Below, in pieces: positions 35,079 to 47,982 of a stretch of 49,138 nt of DNA. The notes beneath the pieces were generated by a model. That model searched no databases. It saw only the letters and a list, made by a program, of their open reading frames with translations, and was not told the DNA's origin. Numbering within the stretch: position 1 is the first letter of the stretch; each line of letters begins with the position of its first letter. Location of the stretch: positions 1 to 49,138 of the forward strand of contig JAHBMJ010000425.1 in NCBI GenBank assembly GCA_018398765.1, given 5' to 3'. The DNA comes from Chromera velia. Taxonomy: Eukaryota. A program made the translations under genes and the position numbers.

Positions 35079-37694
35079 ACACACCACACAGGTTCATCTT
35101 CTCCTTTTCCCTTCTGGAGCGCGTACAGGGAGAGTGGATGGAACAAACCAGAAAAGAAAGCAGAACAATAGACACAGAACCACCACCTCAGAAGACAGGA
35201 CTCACGCACCGACCTCTCGCCCAGACGGAGACCATGGAGGTTCATCACAGATGCCACAGCCTCGAGGGGAGATCCCACAGCGACATTCGCCATTCGGAGT
35301 TTGCTTCCCTCCTTCCCGGCAATCATCTGCTCTCAGCAAGACAATTAATGCGAGTCAGGGAGCCAGTCAAGAAACACATATTCATCTGTTTGCATAGACG
35401 GGCAAATCCAGGCAGAAGACCAGGTTGACACTTCATGATGCTACAGGGCGGTCAAGTAGGCCGCAAACAATCGGGTCTTTTTTTTCTGTCAGAAAGAGTG
35501 AGTGAGCCCTTCCGCCCGCACAAACATCCCTCGATTTTTCAACGAACGACGCAACGGAAGTCTTCAACAAAAAGAGAAAAAACACTAAAGAAGCAAAAAA
35601 ATGTCCGAATTCCCTCATAATTCCCTTCTCTGTAACACCCAGACCCCCTCCCATCTCACTCCACCCATTTGAGGTTCTTTCTCAACTGACCGTGACTCTC
35701 TTCACGTTGGCGAATTGTCCGAACAGGGCAGACAAATTCTCCTCTGCAAAAAATGAATTAACATGCAGGAAGATGGATGAGCATTGTGAGAGAAAAGGAA
35801 TAGAGACACACAATCGGACTGGCCTCTTCGATCCGGGTCTAAAAGACTTTGTGCTCTCACACACACTCTCAAAAGACACCAGCACCGTCACTGGAAGAAG
35901 GAAGGAAAGGAGGTGCTGTAAGGACTCCGCGTTTTTCATTTCAAATCCAAACCCAAGACAGACACCGATCGGACATTTCAGGCAGGCAGACACACACTCA
36001 TGCACACCGACCGACCGACCTCCCATCTCCTCTCCGAAGTTTGTCACGAAGAGGACACTAGTGGGTCTGCACGCGTTGCGGACGAACCGAGATGCTGTGT
36101 CGGAGTTGTCCTGCAAGGTTGCAATGGAAAAGTGCAACGCACAGTGTCTTGTGCAAGCAGTGGTTGAAGCCGATTCTGTGTTATGTAATATGGGTTGATA
36201 GAAGAAACCATAGAGTAAGAGGGAGAGCAGAACCAGCTGTCTCAGAAGACGACTCCATCTGTCCTATGTTGATTCCCTCTTTCTGTGCCAGTCAGTGCCA
36301 TCAAGACGCTAGCTGCATGAAAGAAAGCCCATCCTCACCACCACACTAAGAGATCTAGATATGCACCAAGCCGAGCCCACACAGAAAGCTGAACAGACTC
36401 TCAGAAGGGTCTGATGAAACCAATCGCTGACTGACCCCGTAACGCTGGTCGTCAGCGTTCGCACTCAGATTCTTCGCAGCAGCCAGCTCGTCAGAGGAAC
36501 CACCTCTGCACACACCCTCACTCATCCGTCCTCTCTCTCACACACACGCACACACTCATCCATTCTCACACACAGGCCACAGCATGAAAGCAGACAATGA
36601 AAGCAGACACCCGCAGAGCAAAGGCACGATTAAGTAGGTGAAGCGTACGCACAAAAGCACACGTCAAAAGCGCAAAAACTTCTCCCTCTGTCGCCAATCC
36701 ACGCCAGCGCGGGCTCACTCTTCTCGTTTTCCTCCTGTCAGGCAGCTAGGTCGCCTTGTGGTTATCAGATGTACGGGTGGGTTTCCTCAATGCTCTGTAG
36801 ATTTGCGTGCGCTGCTGGTCTTTTGTTTTTGACAGAATTCGAAAACCCAACAGAAGGGGGAAGGCACTTACTTCAACTGCTGCACCCTAACTCACTTGCT
36901 GACTGACTGACTGACCCCGAGACATTCTTGTTCTTCGAGAACTGCACCAGGATCTCGGAACCACCCACGTTGGCCCCGGAAAGGTAGAAGGCAGCCATGG
37001 TCGCGTAGAAGGGATCGGAGAACTGGATCATCGCCGTGTCTGCCTTGTTGTACAGAATCTTCACTCTCGTCACGTTCCCGTAGATAGAGAACAGATTGAA
37101 CAACTGCACACAGATAGACAGAAACATTTACAGACAGAAAGATGCACAGATGAATGCATGGATCTTCCATTTTCTTCAGGCGGGTAGGCACACAAACAGG
37201 CTGAGGATTCCTCTGTTTCGGCAAGCAGGCAGACACGCCAAGAAAGAGACAGACAGAAAGAGACAGACAGAAAGAGACAGACAGGAAGAGACAGACAGAA
37301 AGAGACAGACAGAAAGAGACAGACAGAAAGAGACAGACAGAAAGAGACAGACAGAAAGAGACAGACAGAAAGAGACAGACAGGAAGAGACAGACAGAAAG
37401 AGACAGACAGGAAGAGACAGACAGGAAGAGACAGACAGAAAGAGACAGACAGGAAGAGACAGACAGAAAGAGACAGACAGAAAGAGACAGACAGAAAGAG
37501 ACAGACAGAAAGAGACAGACAGGAAGAGACAGACAGAAAGAGACAGACAGAAAGAGACAGACAGAAAGAGACAGACAGAAAGAGACAGACAGAAAGAGAC
37601 AGACACAAAGAGACAGACAGAAAGAGACAGACAGAAAGAGACAGACAGGAAGAGACAGACAGAAAGAGACAGACAGAAAGAGACAGAGAGACAA

Positions 37695-37738
<44 letters not shown>

Positions 37739-40700
37739 GAACCTTGCGGGGGTCCACGTTGAGGGTCGGGAGGTTGTGCACCATCACGACTGGGGTGTTG
37801 TCGCGGTTGGAGTGCTCAAAACCTGAATTGATAAACAATGATCAATGGAGGGGAGGACAAGAGATCAGGTGAGGTGAGGAAATCGACAGAAAGGTTCAAG
37901 ACTGCTCAGAACTCCCCATATCCCACGCCTTTCTTCTCATCGTTCTCTTACAGCCCCGCATTCCGAGCCACTTTCTCCCCCTTCATTTTTCTCCCTCTCC
38001 CTGTGTATGCATATGTCTGGGTGAGTGGGTGGGCGTCTAAGTGTCGCAAATGTTCCGCGCATCGCGCTTTTTCTCTTCGTCCGCTGTGCCCCCCCTCCCC
38101 TTGCCCATGCACCCACCGGCGTCCATCAACTCCTTCGGGTACTGAACCCCGTGCATGGAGGTGATCCCGAGGGGGCCTGCGGGGGTGGCGGCGAGGCCGT
38201 TCTGCACGTTCATCGGGTGGCCTGCGAGGCCTGTCTGGTTGACCAGGTGGGGGGTGACAACCTGCTTGCCCGCAGTCTGCAGATAGAGACAGAGAGAGAG
38301 AGAGGAAGAGATGAACTGAAACCCCAAACCTGAGAGGAACCGCAAAGAGGTGCCACGCAACCGAAAGACACACAAACAGGAAGAGCGAAATACCTGCCTT
38401 CCCAGACACACAGTAGCAGAGCGAACAAAGCTAAATCTAATGAATGACCGACCTGAGCAAGGAGCACCTGCTGTCTGTGCTGTTCAGCAATGGTCAGCAA
38501 CTGCTGAGGAGCCAGAGAGGCCAGCGCGACAGAGTCCATCTGAGCGAACGGGTTGGCGATGGACATCTGGAGGGGCCCCAGAGCGGCCTGTCCGTTGGCT
38601 GCCTGGAGACCGGAGGTCCCGAGGAGGGGGGTGGTCCCTGCGAGGGGGGCCCTGCCGTCCGTTGTCTTAGCAGCGCCGTCAGTAGGCAGAGAGGGGTTGG
38701 TGAAGTCACGGAATTTTTCGTTGTTGCTCTTCACCGTCAGCTGCTGCATCTTCGAGTACTGGACCTGCAGAAACAAGAAAGTAAAAGAAAACAGAAAGGA
38801 AAGGCGGATTCGAGAACAACACTATGGCAGGCAGGCAGGCAGGCACGCACGGAGACAGACTACTTGTGTTTTTGTTTCTGTCTACTTAGGCGCAAATGGA
38901 GAGAGACAAATCAGGAGAGACACTGCAAGACACTGCTGTTTTCACCTCTGCGCCCGCACAGGACAGGAAGGACTGCATGCCGAAGAAAACACAGACTGCG
39001 TGACAGACCTCGAGCTCGTTGCACCCCGCATAGATGCACCTGCCATTGAGGGCCTGCATCGCGGCAGTGGCCTCGGGCTCCTTCTCGAATTCGATCAGGC
39101 ACTGAAGAGTCTGTTGATCCTTCCCGTCCTTCTTCACTGTGCGGTTGAAGGTGGCCATCCTGAAGATGTTGCCGTACTTCACGAAGAGGGAATGAAGAAG
39201 CTCAAGGTCAACAGGGTACATCATGTTGGAGACTGTCGCGAGGACCACACGCCCAGGGGGGGCGTCCTCCTGCACGCTCACCTCGCTCCTCTGGGAGTAC
39301 TCAACCTGCAGTGTGACGTGAAGTGAAAAGGATTTTTCTGTCTGTGGATGCCTCGGTGGTACAAAAGTTACGTGCAAAGCGTATTCGTTCTTTCTTTCCT
39401 CCTTCCTTCCTCCTGTGTCCTTTCTCCAGGTTCTTCGTGCCGCCTCCCTCCTCCAGAGTTTCCCCAGCTGAGCCAGCGGTGATCGTGTGAGTTCCCTCCT
39501 GCCGGACTCTCCTCGGCCGTCCTTCTGATCCATCCTCTCAATTTGTCCAGTGCATCAACCTTTCTTTTCTGTTCGACAAGGGCTTCAGACCTCCCACCTC
39601 CCGCAGACATCCCCCAAATCCTGCGCACAGCAGTCACCAAAAACGACAGAAACGAACCCCCCCCCCCCCCCCCNNNNNNNNNNNNNNNNNNNNNNNNNNN
39701 NNNNNNNNNNNNNNCCCCGCCCCCACGCACAAACACACGTACCTGCAGGGGGACTCCGAACAGAGCGACGCCCGTCTGAGCCATGGACTGGAGGGCAGCC
39801 GTGGCCATGGTCACGTGCTGCTCTCACAGAAGGAAGGAGCGGGACAAAGAAACACAGGAAGGGATAAAGGCAGGAAGGCAGAGGTGGGAGGAGTCAACGA
39901 GGCTCTGGTCAGTTCGTTTTGCAGAGGGTGATGAGTGGAAAACAAAGGCGCAGACGAAAAGCGGGGGAGGAAAGATATCGAGCTGAGGGAACGACATTTC
40001 GGAATGCATGCGCCGAGGAGAGAAGCGGAAACAAAAGGCGGAAAGAGAATCAATAAAGGAACCACAGGGACAGGACGAGGTCGGGAGCTTCTCATGAGTC
40101 CCTCTAGATCCTCCTCCCGGCGGCTACAGGCCTAAAGCGGCATTTCATTTTTCTGAACTCCCGTACGGATGGATGGAGACCCACCGGCAGCTCAACAAAA
40201 GCCTGGCCCTGTCCCTGAGAGATGAAAACCTGTGGACGCACAAACACCACACGTTGTTGTATTCACGAGCATGCCCGCGCACGTGCAAGAGAGACGGACA
40301 AGAGAGCACACTGATAGACACACACCCACAGATGACACTCGTCGAGAGTGGCGAGAAGGAGTGTCGTTGACAGGAAAGAGAGCCGCTGACAAAGGAGAGA
40401 AGACCACAACGAATCAAGACATCTTCACCTTTCAAGTAAGTAAAGTCAAGTAAGAGGAGCACGATGAGTTTCTTGCATGGCACAGACAGACCTTGACAGG
40501 TCCTCCCATGGAGAAGGGAGCGAAGAGGTTCACAATGTCCTGCTGGGAAGCATGACGAGGAATGGGCCTGACGTGGAGGACCTTGCTGGGGGTGTTCTCT
40601 GCACGCACAGGGGCAAGGTATAAACAGGGAGACTGAAAGTTAGACGAAGGGACACTCAGATGTGTGAGGTGCTTTGTATGATCAGCTGACCGTAACGAGG

Positions 40701-40772
40701 CTTCTTGGGGTCAATGCCGTTTGCATCTGCGAGCCTCTTGTTGTCGCCATTGGCCATTGCCATTGCCATCAT
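34581..40772 (-). CDS. PTB: Polypyrimidine tract-binding protein / hnRNP L-like 4-RRM protein, paralog A (~577 aa); exons 40772-40691, 40598-40492, 40229-40185, 39817-39743, 39305-39009, 38764-38453, 38276-38117, 37822-37743, 37103-36916, 36505-36436, 36110-36020, 35743-35691, 35326-35214, 34641-34581
   Basis: KR..KKPRY NLS-like N-terminus. [72 protein letters not shown] and LKVAFS are PTB-family RRM motifs. All 13 GT-AG introns are phase-consistent; the last few codons are uncertain. Confidence 0.88.
37244..37738. repeat. Intronic 14-bp tandem repeat (AGACAGACAGRAAG)n, ~30 copies, followed by (AG)n
   Basis: Directly visible within intron 37742-37104 of PTB paralog A. Confidence 0.95.
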
Positions 40773-41637
40773 CTTGTAGAAAGAGAGAAGGTAGATAGAC
40801 AGACAGAGAGACAGAGAGGAAACCGAACCAACGGAAGAGACGCCAGATCAGATCAGATCAAAGCACAGAGACGAGACGAGACGTCTTCTTGTGAGGAAGA
40901 ACAGAGGCGAAGGCGACAGAAACTGTCAGCACGAAGTCCACTGAGAACAAACAAGCGATGACTCGAGGTTATTGCCTCCATCTCTCGGCTCCGTCGAATT
41001 GCCTGCGGTCAGAAAGAGGAGTTTTGGCTCGGAGACTGCTCTGTGCCAGGCCCCGGAAAGAGCCGTAACCGCGGCCTTATAATTATATATAGTGCGGGAT
41101 TCGAAGAAGCGGCGGCGCAAGCGGCAGCGCAAACCGCGGTGCACATATGCGCATGCGCGCATGCCTGCATATATATGGTGCAGTGCTTCTGAATTTGGCG
41201 CCGCCGACGCGGTGGCCGCCAGGCCGCACAAAACCATCTTTGGAACGCAACTTTTCACAGGATTGCACACGAACTTTTCTTCTTCTTTCCGTGGCCCGCC
41301 ATCGCAGGCGCGCAGTCTTACTTCGTTTGGCTTAAAAGGCACCGAAAATCTTCGAAGGGCGCGCCTCATCGCGCCTCGATCACACAAAAATTGTGAGATC
41401 CTCTCTCGATCAGCATCTCTCAGCCTCTCCTCCATTTTTTGCCATCTCGATCTCCTTCCTACTAGCTGGGCAGCACAAAAGAGGGTGACAGCGTTCAATC
41501 ACGTGGCGGTGAATTTGTGGCGTCAGTTTCTCGTAAGCGACCTGAGGTTCTACGTTGATCTTTTAGTGCTTTTTTCTCTGAAAGCTTAAGAGAATCAGTT
41601 TTCGTCTTTTTCCCACTTTACTTCCAGTCGACTCGTG
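40773..41637. promoter_or_regulatory. Putative bidirectional promoter and 5' UTRs between the PTB paralogs
   Basis: 865 bp separate the divergent ATGs. TATA-like ttataattatata at ~41077 and clustered GCATGC/CATATG palindromes at 41140-41180. A pyrimidine tract plus AG lies just before each ATG, suggesting 5'UTR introns. Confidence 0.5.
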
Positions 41638-44600
41638 ATGATGATGCAAGGCGGAATGATGCCGGGAATGGGGGGCATGATGGGAGGGGGAGGAAACAAG
41701 AGGCCCTACGGGGATGTCGGAGAGGACCCGAAGAAGCCGAAATATGGTCAGCACAAAACAGGAGACCGGTGGAGTCAGTAAGTATACATGTCTGCATCGA
41801 AAAAGAGAAAGTTTCGCTGCTGTTCTCTTCTCTTCGGAATGTGAAGCACCTGATAAACTTCTCAGCACCTGCTGGAGTGACGCTTACTACTCATGGGCTT
41901 TCCAGTGTTCAAAGTCCTTTCCCAACACTTCTTTCGGGCTGGTTCTCTGGGTTGACAAGTTAAAGTGGATTTGTAGCGAATTGTGAAGTCTTCTCTTGCA
42001 TAGAGCACGACTGTTTATGGCATTCGAGGCTGGTTTTATGCAGAGGAATTTGGGAGTCATGCGAGGCATGAGTGGAGTTTCTTCCAATTCTCTCCTTTGT
42101 ATTCATCTTCCCTCTGAACAACAAGAAAAATATTTTTTCTGCTTGTCTGTCTCTGTGCATGTGTGGCCGCAGATCCCTCACCCAGCAAGGTTCTCCACGT
42201 CAGGCCTGTGCCCCGGCATGCCACCAACTCAGACATCATCAATCTCTTCACTCCCTTCGCCATGGGGGGAGCAGTGAAGGTCTTCGTGTCGTCCAATCAG
42301 GGACATGCCTTCGTGGAACTGCCGGTCAGTCCGTCGGTCGGTGTTGGCTTTTGCCTTTTCTGTTTGGCATCCTGTTCGGGTGCTGATCTCTGGTTGTCGA
42401 TGTAGAGGTGATTCGTCTCATGATTCGGAAATGGACTGTCTCCTGTGTCTGTTTACATTGCAGGACGTGAGCTTGGCCACCACAGCCCTGCAGAAGCTGA
42501 CTCAGGACGGCGTTTCCTTGTTCGGAGTTCCGCTGAATGTCAGTAGGGTGCTACGCCCTGCCCACCTTCCTCGGTGTGAGATGACTTCTGCACCTCCTTC
42601 TGTCAACCCTCTTTTCGGACTTTTCTTTCCTATTTCCAGTCCCGTCTTTTCCTGTTATCTCTTCTCTTTTGCTGAAAAAGTTTTGGAAAAACTCTTTCTG
42701 TGATAGCCGCAACAGCTTGTCATGCGGGAAGAGGGAAAGCAAGCTTGTTCTTGAGAAGGGGGAGGGGGGGGGAGACGACGTCGAAGCTCTCGATAGTACC
42801 GTGTGCACCGCGCACCTTCTGTCTCAGAGTCGACGGATTATACGGTGGGCGAGAAGTTCTTCACTAGGATGGTACAAGGACACACATCCATGCGTAAAAC
42901 ACATCCCATCAGTGAAGTAATGCCCTAAACTCCCTGGACTGCACTCGCAGGTTGAGTACAGCAACCGCCAGGAGGTGAGCCCCAACGAGGACCAGAGTCC
43001 CAATCGTGTCCTTCTGGTTTCTGTTCTCAACATGATGTACCCCACGGACCTGGAGCTTCTGCACTCGCTGTTTCAGAAGTACGGCAACATCCTGAGGATG
43101 GCTACGTTCAACAGGATGCAGAGAAAGGACGGCAGGGAGCAGCCGACGCTGCAGTGTCTCATCGAGTTCTCTACTGAGCCTGAGGCCACGGCGGCAATGC
43201 AGGCGCTCCATGGCAGGTGTATCTACGCGGGATGCAACGAGCTGGAGGTCCGTCTAGCTTCCTTTTCGCTCATCTCTCGTCTGTCTCTGTTTGTATGTTT
43301 GTGTGTCTAGTTGATCTTCAAAGAGAAACGAATACAGGAGCAGAGTGCGGGACACAGACAGGAGGTCAGAACAGAAGTTTGAGGTATGTGTAAGAAGAGC
43401 CCCGGAGGGAGACGGACATTGTGGTGTTTCCGTGTGCGTGAAAGTCTCCTGAGTGCAATTCAGAGATACAAGAAAAGAAGGAATGTGGTTTGCATGTCTC
43501 TCTACTTGTCTTCTCTATTCTCTCTTCTCTCTCTCTTTCTTTTTCTCTCTCCTTGTCTCCTCTTCTCTCTTCTTCTCCTCTCCCTTCTTCTCTTCTCTTC
43601 TCCTCTCTTCTATCTCCGCTCCCTCTGTCTTTCCTCTCTTCTATCTCCTCTCTCTCTTTCAATGCCCCTTTTAACCAAACTCCCTTTCTTCCCCTCCCCC
43701 TTTCTCCCCTCTCCTCGTTTGTCCCTCAACCAAAACAAAAAACTATCAATGACTCCTTGGCGGACCCTCTTCCTCCTCCTCCTCCTCCTGCTCCCCTGGT
43801 TGTTGGACCTGCCCTACCTGAACGATCGATCGATCCATCGAACAAACTGCGCTCCCTGCTGTCGGACTCGTCTGGGACGTCTTCTCTCGTCCCTCTCCCC
43901 TCTTCTCGCTCGCTTATCGCCCAACCGCCTCGTCCCTTGGGTTTTGCGTTGTCGCGACTGATCGGATCGTTGCCTGATCCTCCGATCATTTTGCTTCGCT
44001 CGTCTTCCTCCTCCTCCTGTCCTTGGCGCTCGCTCTCTCTCCACTGCCCCTGTGGGCGTCGGTCCGGTTTCCCTTTCCTTTTCTTCCTGCCACGTCTTTG
44101 CTCTTTTTCTTTTGGCCTCTCCTTTCGCGTCCGTGGTTCTTTTTGCTCCTTTTCGTCCTGACTTTTCTGATCCCCTTTTTGTTTCTGTGCTTGTTTTCTC
44201 TTGTTGGTTCTTTTTGTGCCGGTCTTTCCTTCCTTTCCCTTCTGTCCTTCATTTGATTGACCTGGGAAACTCTCCAGGTCCAATACTCAAAGCTCACCCA
44301 GCTGACTGCTCGAAGCAACAATGAAAACTTCAGAGACTTCACTAACCCTGCTGGTGCGCTTGGGGGTATCCCCGAGTCTGCCCCTGCTCCTGCTGCAGTC
44401 GCGCCACCTGCTGCTGCTGCCGGTGGTATGCCCGGTGGGGGGCGCTTGATGGGTCCTCTGGTGTCCGGTGGCGGCGGCGGTATGAGTATGGGGGGTGGAC
44501 CTGGGCCTTCAGGCATGGGGGGTATGGGCGGCGGGCCCGTCCCCCAGGGAATGCACCATGGCGGCGGAATGCAGATGCCTGGTGGGCAGATGGGAGGAGG

Positions 44601-46981
44601 GCAGCAGATGGGGGGAGGTGGTCACGGAGGGATGTCGAACCAGATGCCGATCCCCCAACCGTTTGCCGCTATGGACTCCGTCACCTTGGCCTCGATGCCT
44701 AACCAGCAAATCCTTCAGATCATAGACAACCACAGGCAGCAGGTCATGTTCGCTCAGGTGGGTGGGTGGGTGCATGGGTCAGGTACATTAGGGGTCTATG
44801 AATCAATCAATGAGCAGGATAGAAGCCGTCGTTTCAGCAGTTTATCGGCTTTGTTCTTTCTTTCCCGTTTTCGAAGAGTGTTCGAGAGCTGACGTGAAGA
44901 ACGGAGATCAAATGTGTGGCGAGACGGTCCCGCGGCATGTCTTTGAACGTTTCCGTACTCTTTGAAACTTTATTTTGTTCTCCATTTCCCCCTTCCTTCA
45001 CCTCCCTTCCTTGTTTGCGTTGTTTGCAGAAGCAAGGCATGCAGGTCGTGACACCGAACCTGATGCCTGCCGGGGGTATGCAGGGAGGTCCCGGGATGGG
45101 CCAGGGCGGACCCTCGACCCCGGCCCCCTTCCCGAAGGAACTCGTAGAAGCTGGTCAGTCAGTTTGCTTTCTTTCAGTCCTGAGTGATGCAGTCAGAACA
45201 GGGAGAGCAAGAAGAGAGAGGATTTGCATCCCGAGAGAGAGAGAGAGCTGATCCTATCTGGCTGCTGAGAAAGCACGCAGCCCAAATGTCAACAAGAGAA
45301 GGTTGGCAAAGGATGTAGCCGTGTGCTTTTAGCGTGGCTCTGAATCCCTCTATGTATGTCTGTGTGTGTATGTGTGTGTGTGTGTGTGTGTGTCATATCC
45401 CTTTCTGGCTGACTGTTGCTCTGTCTGCCTGCAGGATTCGAGGCCCAGAACCGCGACCAGACTCCCGTCGTGATGATACATAATCTCCCTACAGTGAACA
45501 TGGATGCCAGGAAGGTCTGTGTGCCAGTCTGTCTGTCTTCGTGTCTCTGAAGAAGTTGCCAAATGAGGTTGCAAAAGGAAAAAGCCGATATTATTCTTTA
45601 AGTAGATCATGCGATCCTCTGCTTCGTCTGTCATTCCTGTCTCAATTCTGCGTCAGAGACGTCGTGCGTGGTTGAGAGTTCTCTTCCTTCCAGTCATGTC
45701 CGCTGCCTGCCTCCCTGCCGGTCCCTCTGTCCCTGTGTCGATTTGTCTGTTCTCCCATCTGTGTGTGTATGTGTATATATGTGTGTGTGTGTGTGTGCAG
45801 TTGTTCAACATCTTCTCCATCTACGGGAACGTTCATAAGGTGAAGATTCTTTACAACAAACCCGATACAGCGATGATCCAGTTCTCCGACCCCTTCTACG
45901 CGACTCTCGCTGCCTTCTTCACGAATGGCATCACGGTAGACGGCAGCGAACTGGTCGTGCAGTTCTCGAAGAACAAACACGTCTCGGGGTAAGTAAGTCC
46001 ATACAGTCTGCTTCTCTGCTCGCTCGAGTTCCCCGGCATTTATGTTACCAGCGTTCTTGGGTCTCGTAGTGTCTGAAAGAGTCCACCCGTTCTCTTTGGG
46101 TTCCACGCAACAAGACAGGGTTTCTTTTCGTTCCGTCCTCGCTCGCTCCCCCCACACTTCGTCTTTGCGTCACAATTTTTTGTCTGCTTTTCGCCCGAGC
46201 TTTCCCCCCTCTGTCATCCCGCCTCTTATTGACGATTGGATTCAGCACTACGTAGCCAAATCCGTGCTTACTTTATCAAACCCTCTTTCTTTCTCTTTCT
46301 CTGTGTGCAGAGGAGGCAGCACCGACGAAGCTGCGGCAGCGAAGAACATGACGGCGATGCCCGGGGATCAGCGCTATGGGGTCGGTCGGTGGGTGTTGGT
46401 GTGGGTGTGTGTGTCAGAGCGACTGTCTGTCTCATGTTCCCTCGCTCATGAAGAGAGAGAAGGCTTAGACCGGACCGTGCACGCATTCTCTTCCCCGCCT
46501 CCCTCCTCTTTCAAGACCTGTGTGGGCGCTCCAAATACATCCAAGAAGGGCCTTCTTTTCCACAGTCACTCACATAACTGTCTGTGCCTCTCCTTTTCCT
46601 TTTGTGTATGTGTCTCTTTGTCCGTCTGCGTGTGTGCAGGAGAACACGGAGACTGCGAACCGAATTGTGCGAAACGCATGCAGACCCACCAACATGCTCT
46701 TCGTGGCCAACTTCGAGGACGACGTGGATGGTCAGTGAGTCAGTCAACATGTAAGTGAGACAGTGACTGAGTGGCTCTTCAGTGGCTCTCTTTCTCTGCA
46801 TGAACCTGTGCAGCTGTCTTGATGTGATGTTGAGGAAGTAAGGGTGGTAGAATGTCATTACAGAGAAACGGCCTTGTTGGAGCGCTCTGTTTGTGTGTGG
46901 ATGGATTCTTTTCCTTCCTTCCACTTGTTCATTCCTGCCTGTTGAGGCCCCAAGTGGGCGGGTGCAGTGACTGTCTTGTCT

Positions 46982-47020
<39 letters not shown>

Positions 47021-47982
47021 CCCGCTGAAGCTTGTTTGCCTTTCTTCTTCTCTTGCGTTCCTACTGCTCTGCACGTCCGCCTGTTCTCTTCTCTTCTCTC
47101 CTCTTCTCTTCTCTTCGCACATGCAGCGGAGAGACTCCACACGCTCTTCAGCAACTACGCGATGGTCAAGAAGATCACGGTGAGTGAGTCTGACGGTTCA
47201 TTTTCGTATTTGTTTGCTTTTCGAGGCCGGGATGAGCTCAAGAAAAGGCGAGGGTTGTTACGAACTTTTTTTCGACTCACCTGTCGGCGGCGTCTTGTGT
47301 CCTTCATTCATTCACCCTTTCGTTTCGTTTCCCCTGTGCTTGAATTGAAGTGAGACGAGGCTTTGAGAGAGAGAGGTGCAATCGGAGTGAGGATGGCACA
47401 TCTCCATTCTCTTCTCCCCAATTTCTTCTTCCCTCTTTCTTTCTTGTTGACGCACGCAGATGCTCCAAAGCAAGGAGGGCAGCAAGTTCCGGATGGCCAA
47501 CGTCGCCGTGAGCTCTCCTCCTGAGGCCGTCGCGTGCGTGATGAACCTCCACGGGATGAAACTCGGAGAGCGGTACGCGAGTTTCTTTGTTTTTTTTTCT
47601 TTGTTTCTCTGCTGGTGCGCACGTCTTGTCGGTGGCGTGTCGGAAGTGCATTGGAGAAAGTCCTGCAGCAGAGACTTTCTTTTTTCTGTGGGGGAAAGGG
47701 TGAAAAGGGCAAGGGAAACACAGCCGAGGGGATGGATGAGCAGATAGATTCATGGACGTTTCGTTTCGTTCCTGTGCCACAACTTGGGGTCCTCTGGTCT
47801 CCCNCCCCCCCCTCTCTCTCTCCTCCATTAGTTGTGCGCTTTTTGTGCTGCTGACACCTCACAGAAGAGCTCTCTCTCTGTCTCTCTCTCTCCCTCTCTC
47901 TCTCTCTGTGAATGTGTTTGTTTGTGTGTGTGTGTGCAGCGAGCTGAAGGTCGCCTTCAGCAAGTCGAAGTATGAGGATTGA
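41638..47982 (+). CDS. PTB: Polypyrimidine tract-binding protein / hnRNP L-like 4-RRM protein, paralog B (~624 aa); exons 41638-41746, 42173-42324, 42464-42538, 42951-43247, 44278-44757, 45030-45153, 45435-45514, 45801-45988, 46311-46380, 46640-46730, 47127-47179, 47460-47572, 47940-47982
   Basis: Same RRM motifs as paralog A. Twelve phase-consistent GT-AG introns give 1875 nt open to TGA. Exon sizes 75/297/80/188/70/91/53/113 are identical to paralog A. Confidence 0.9.
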
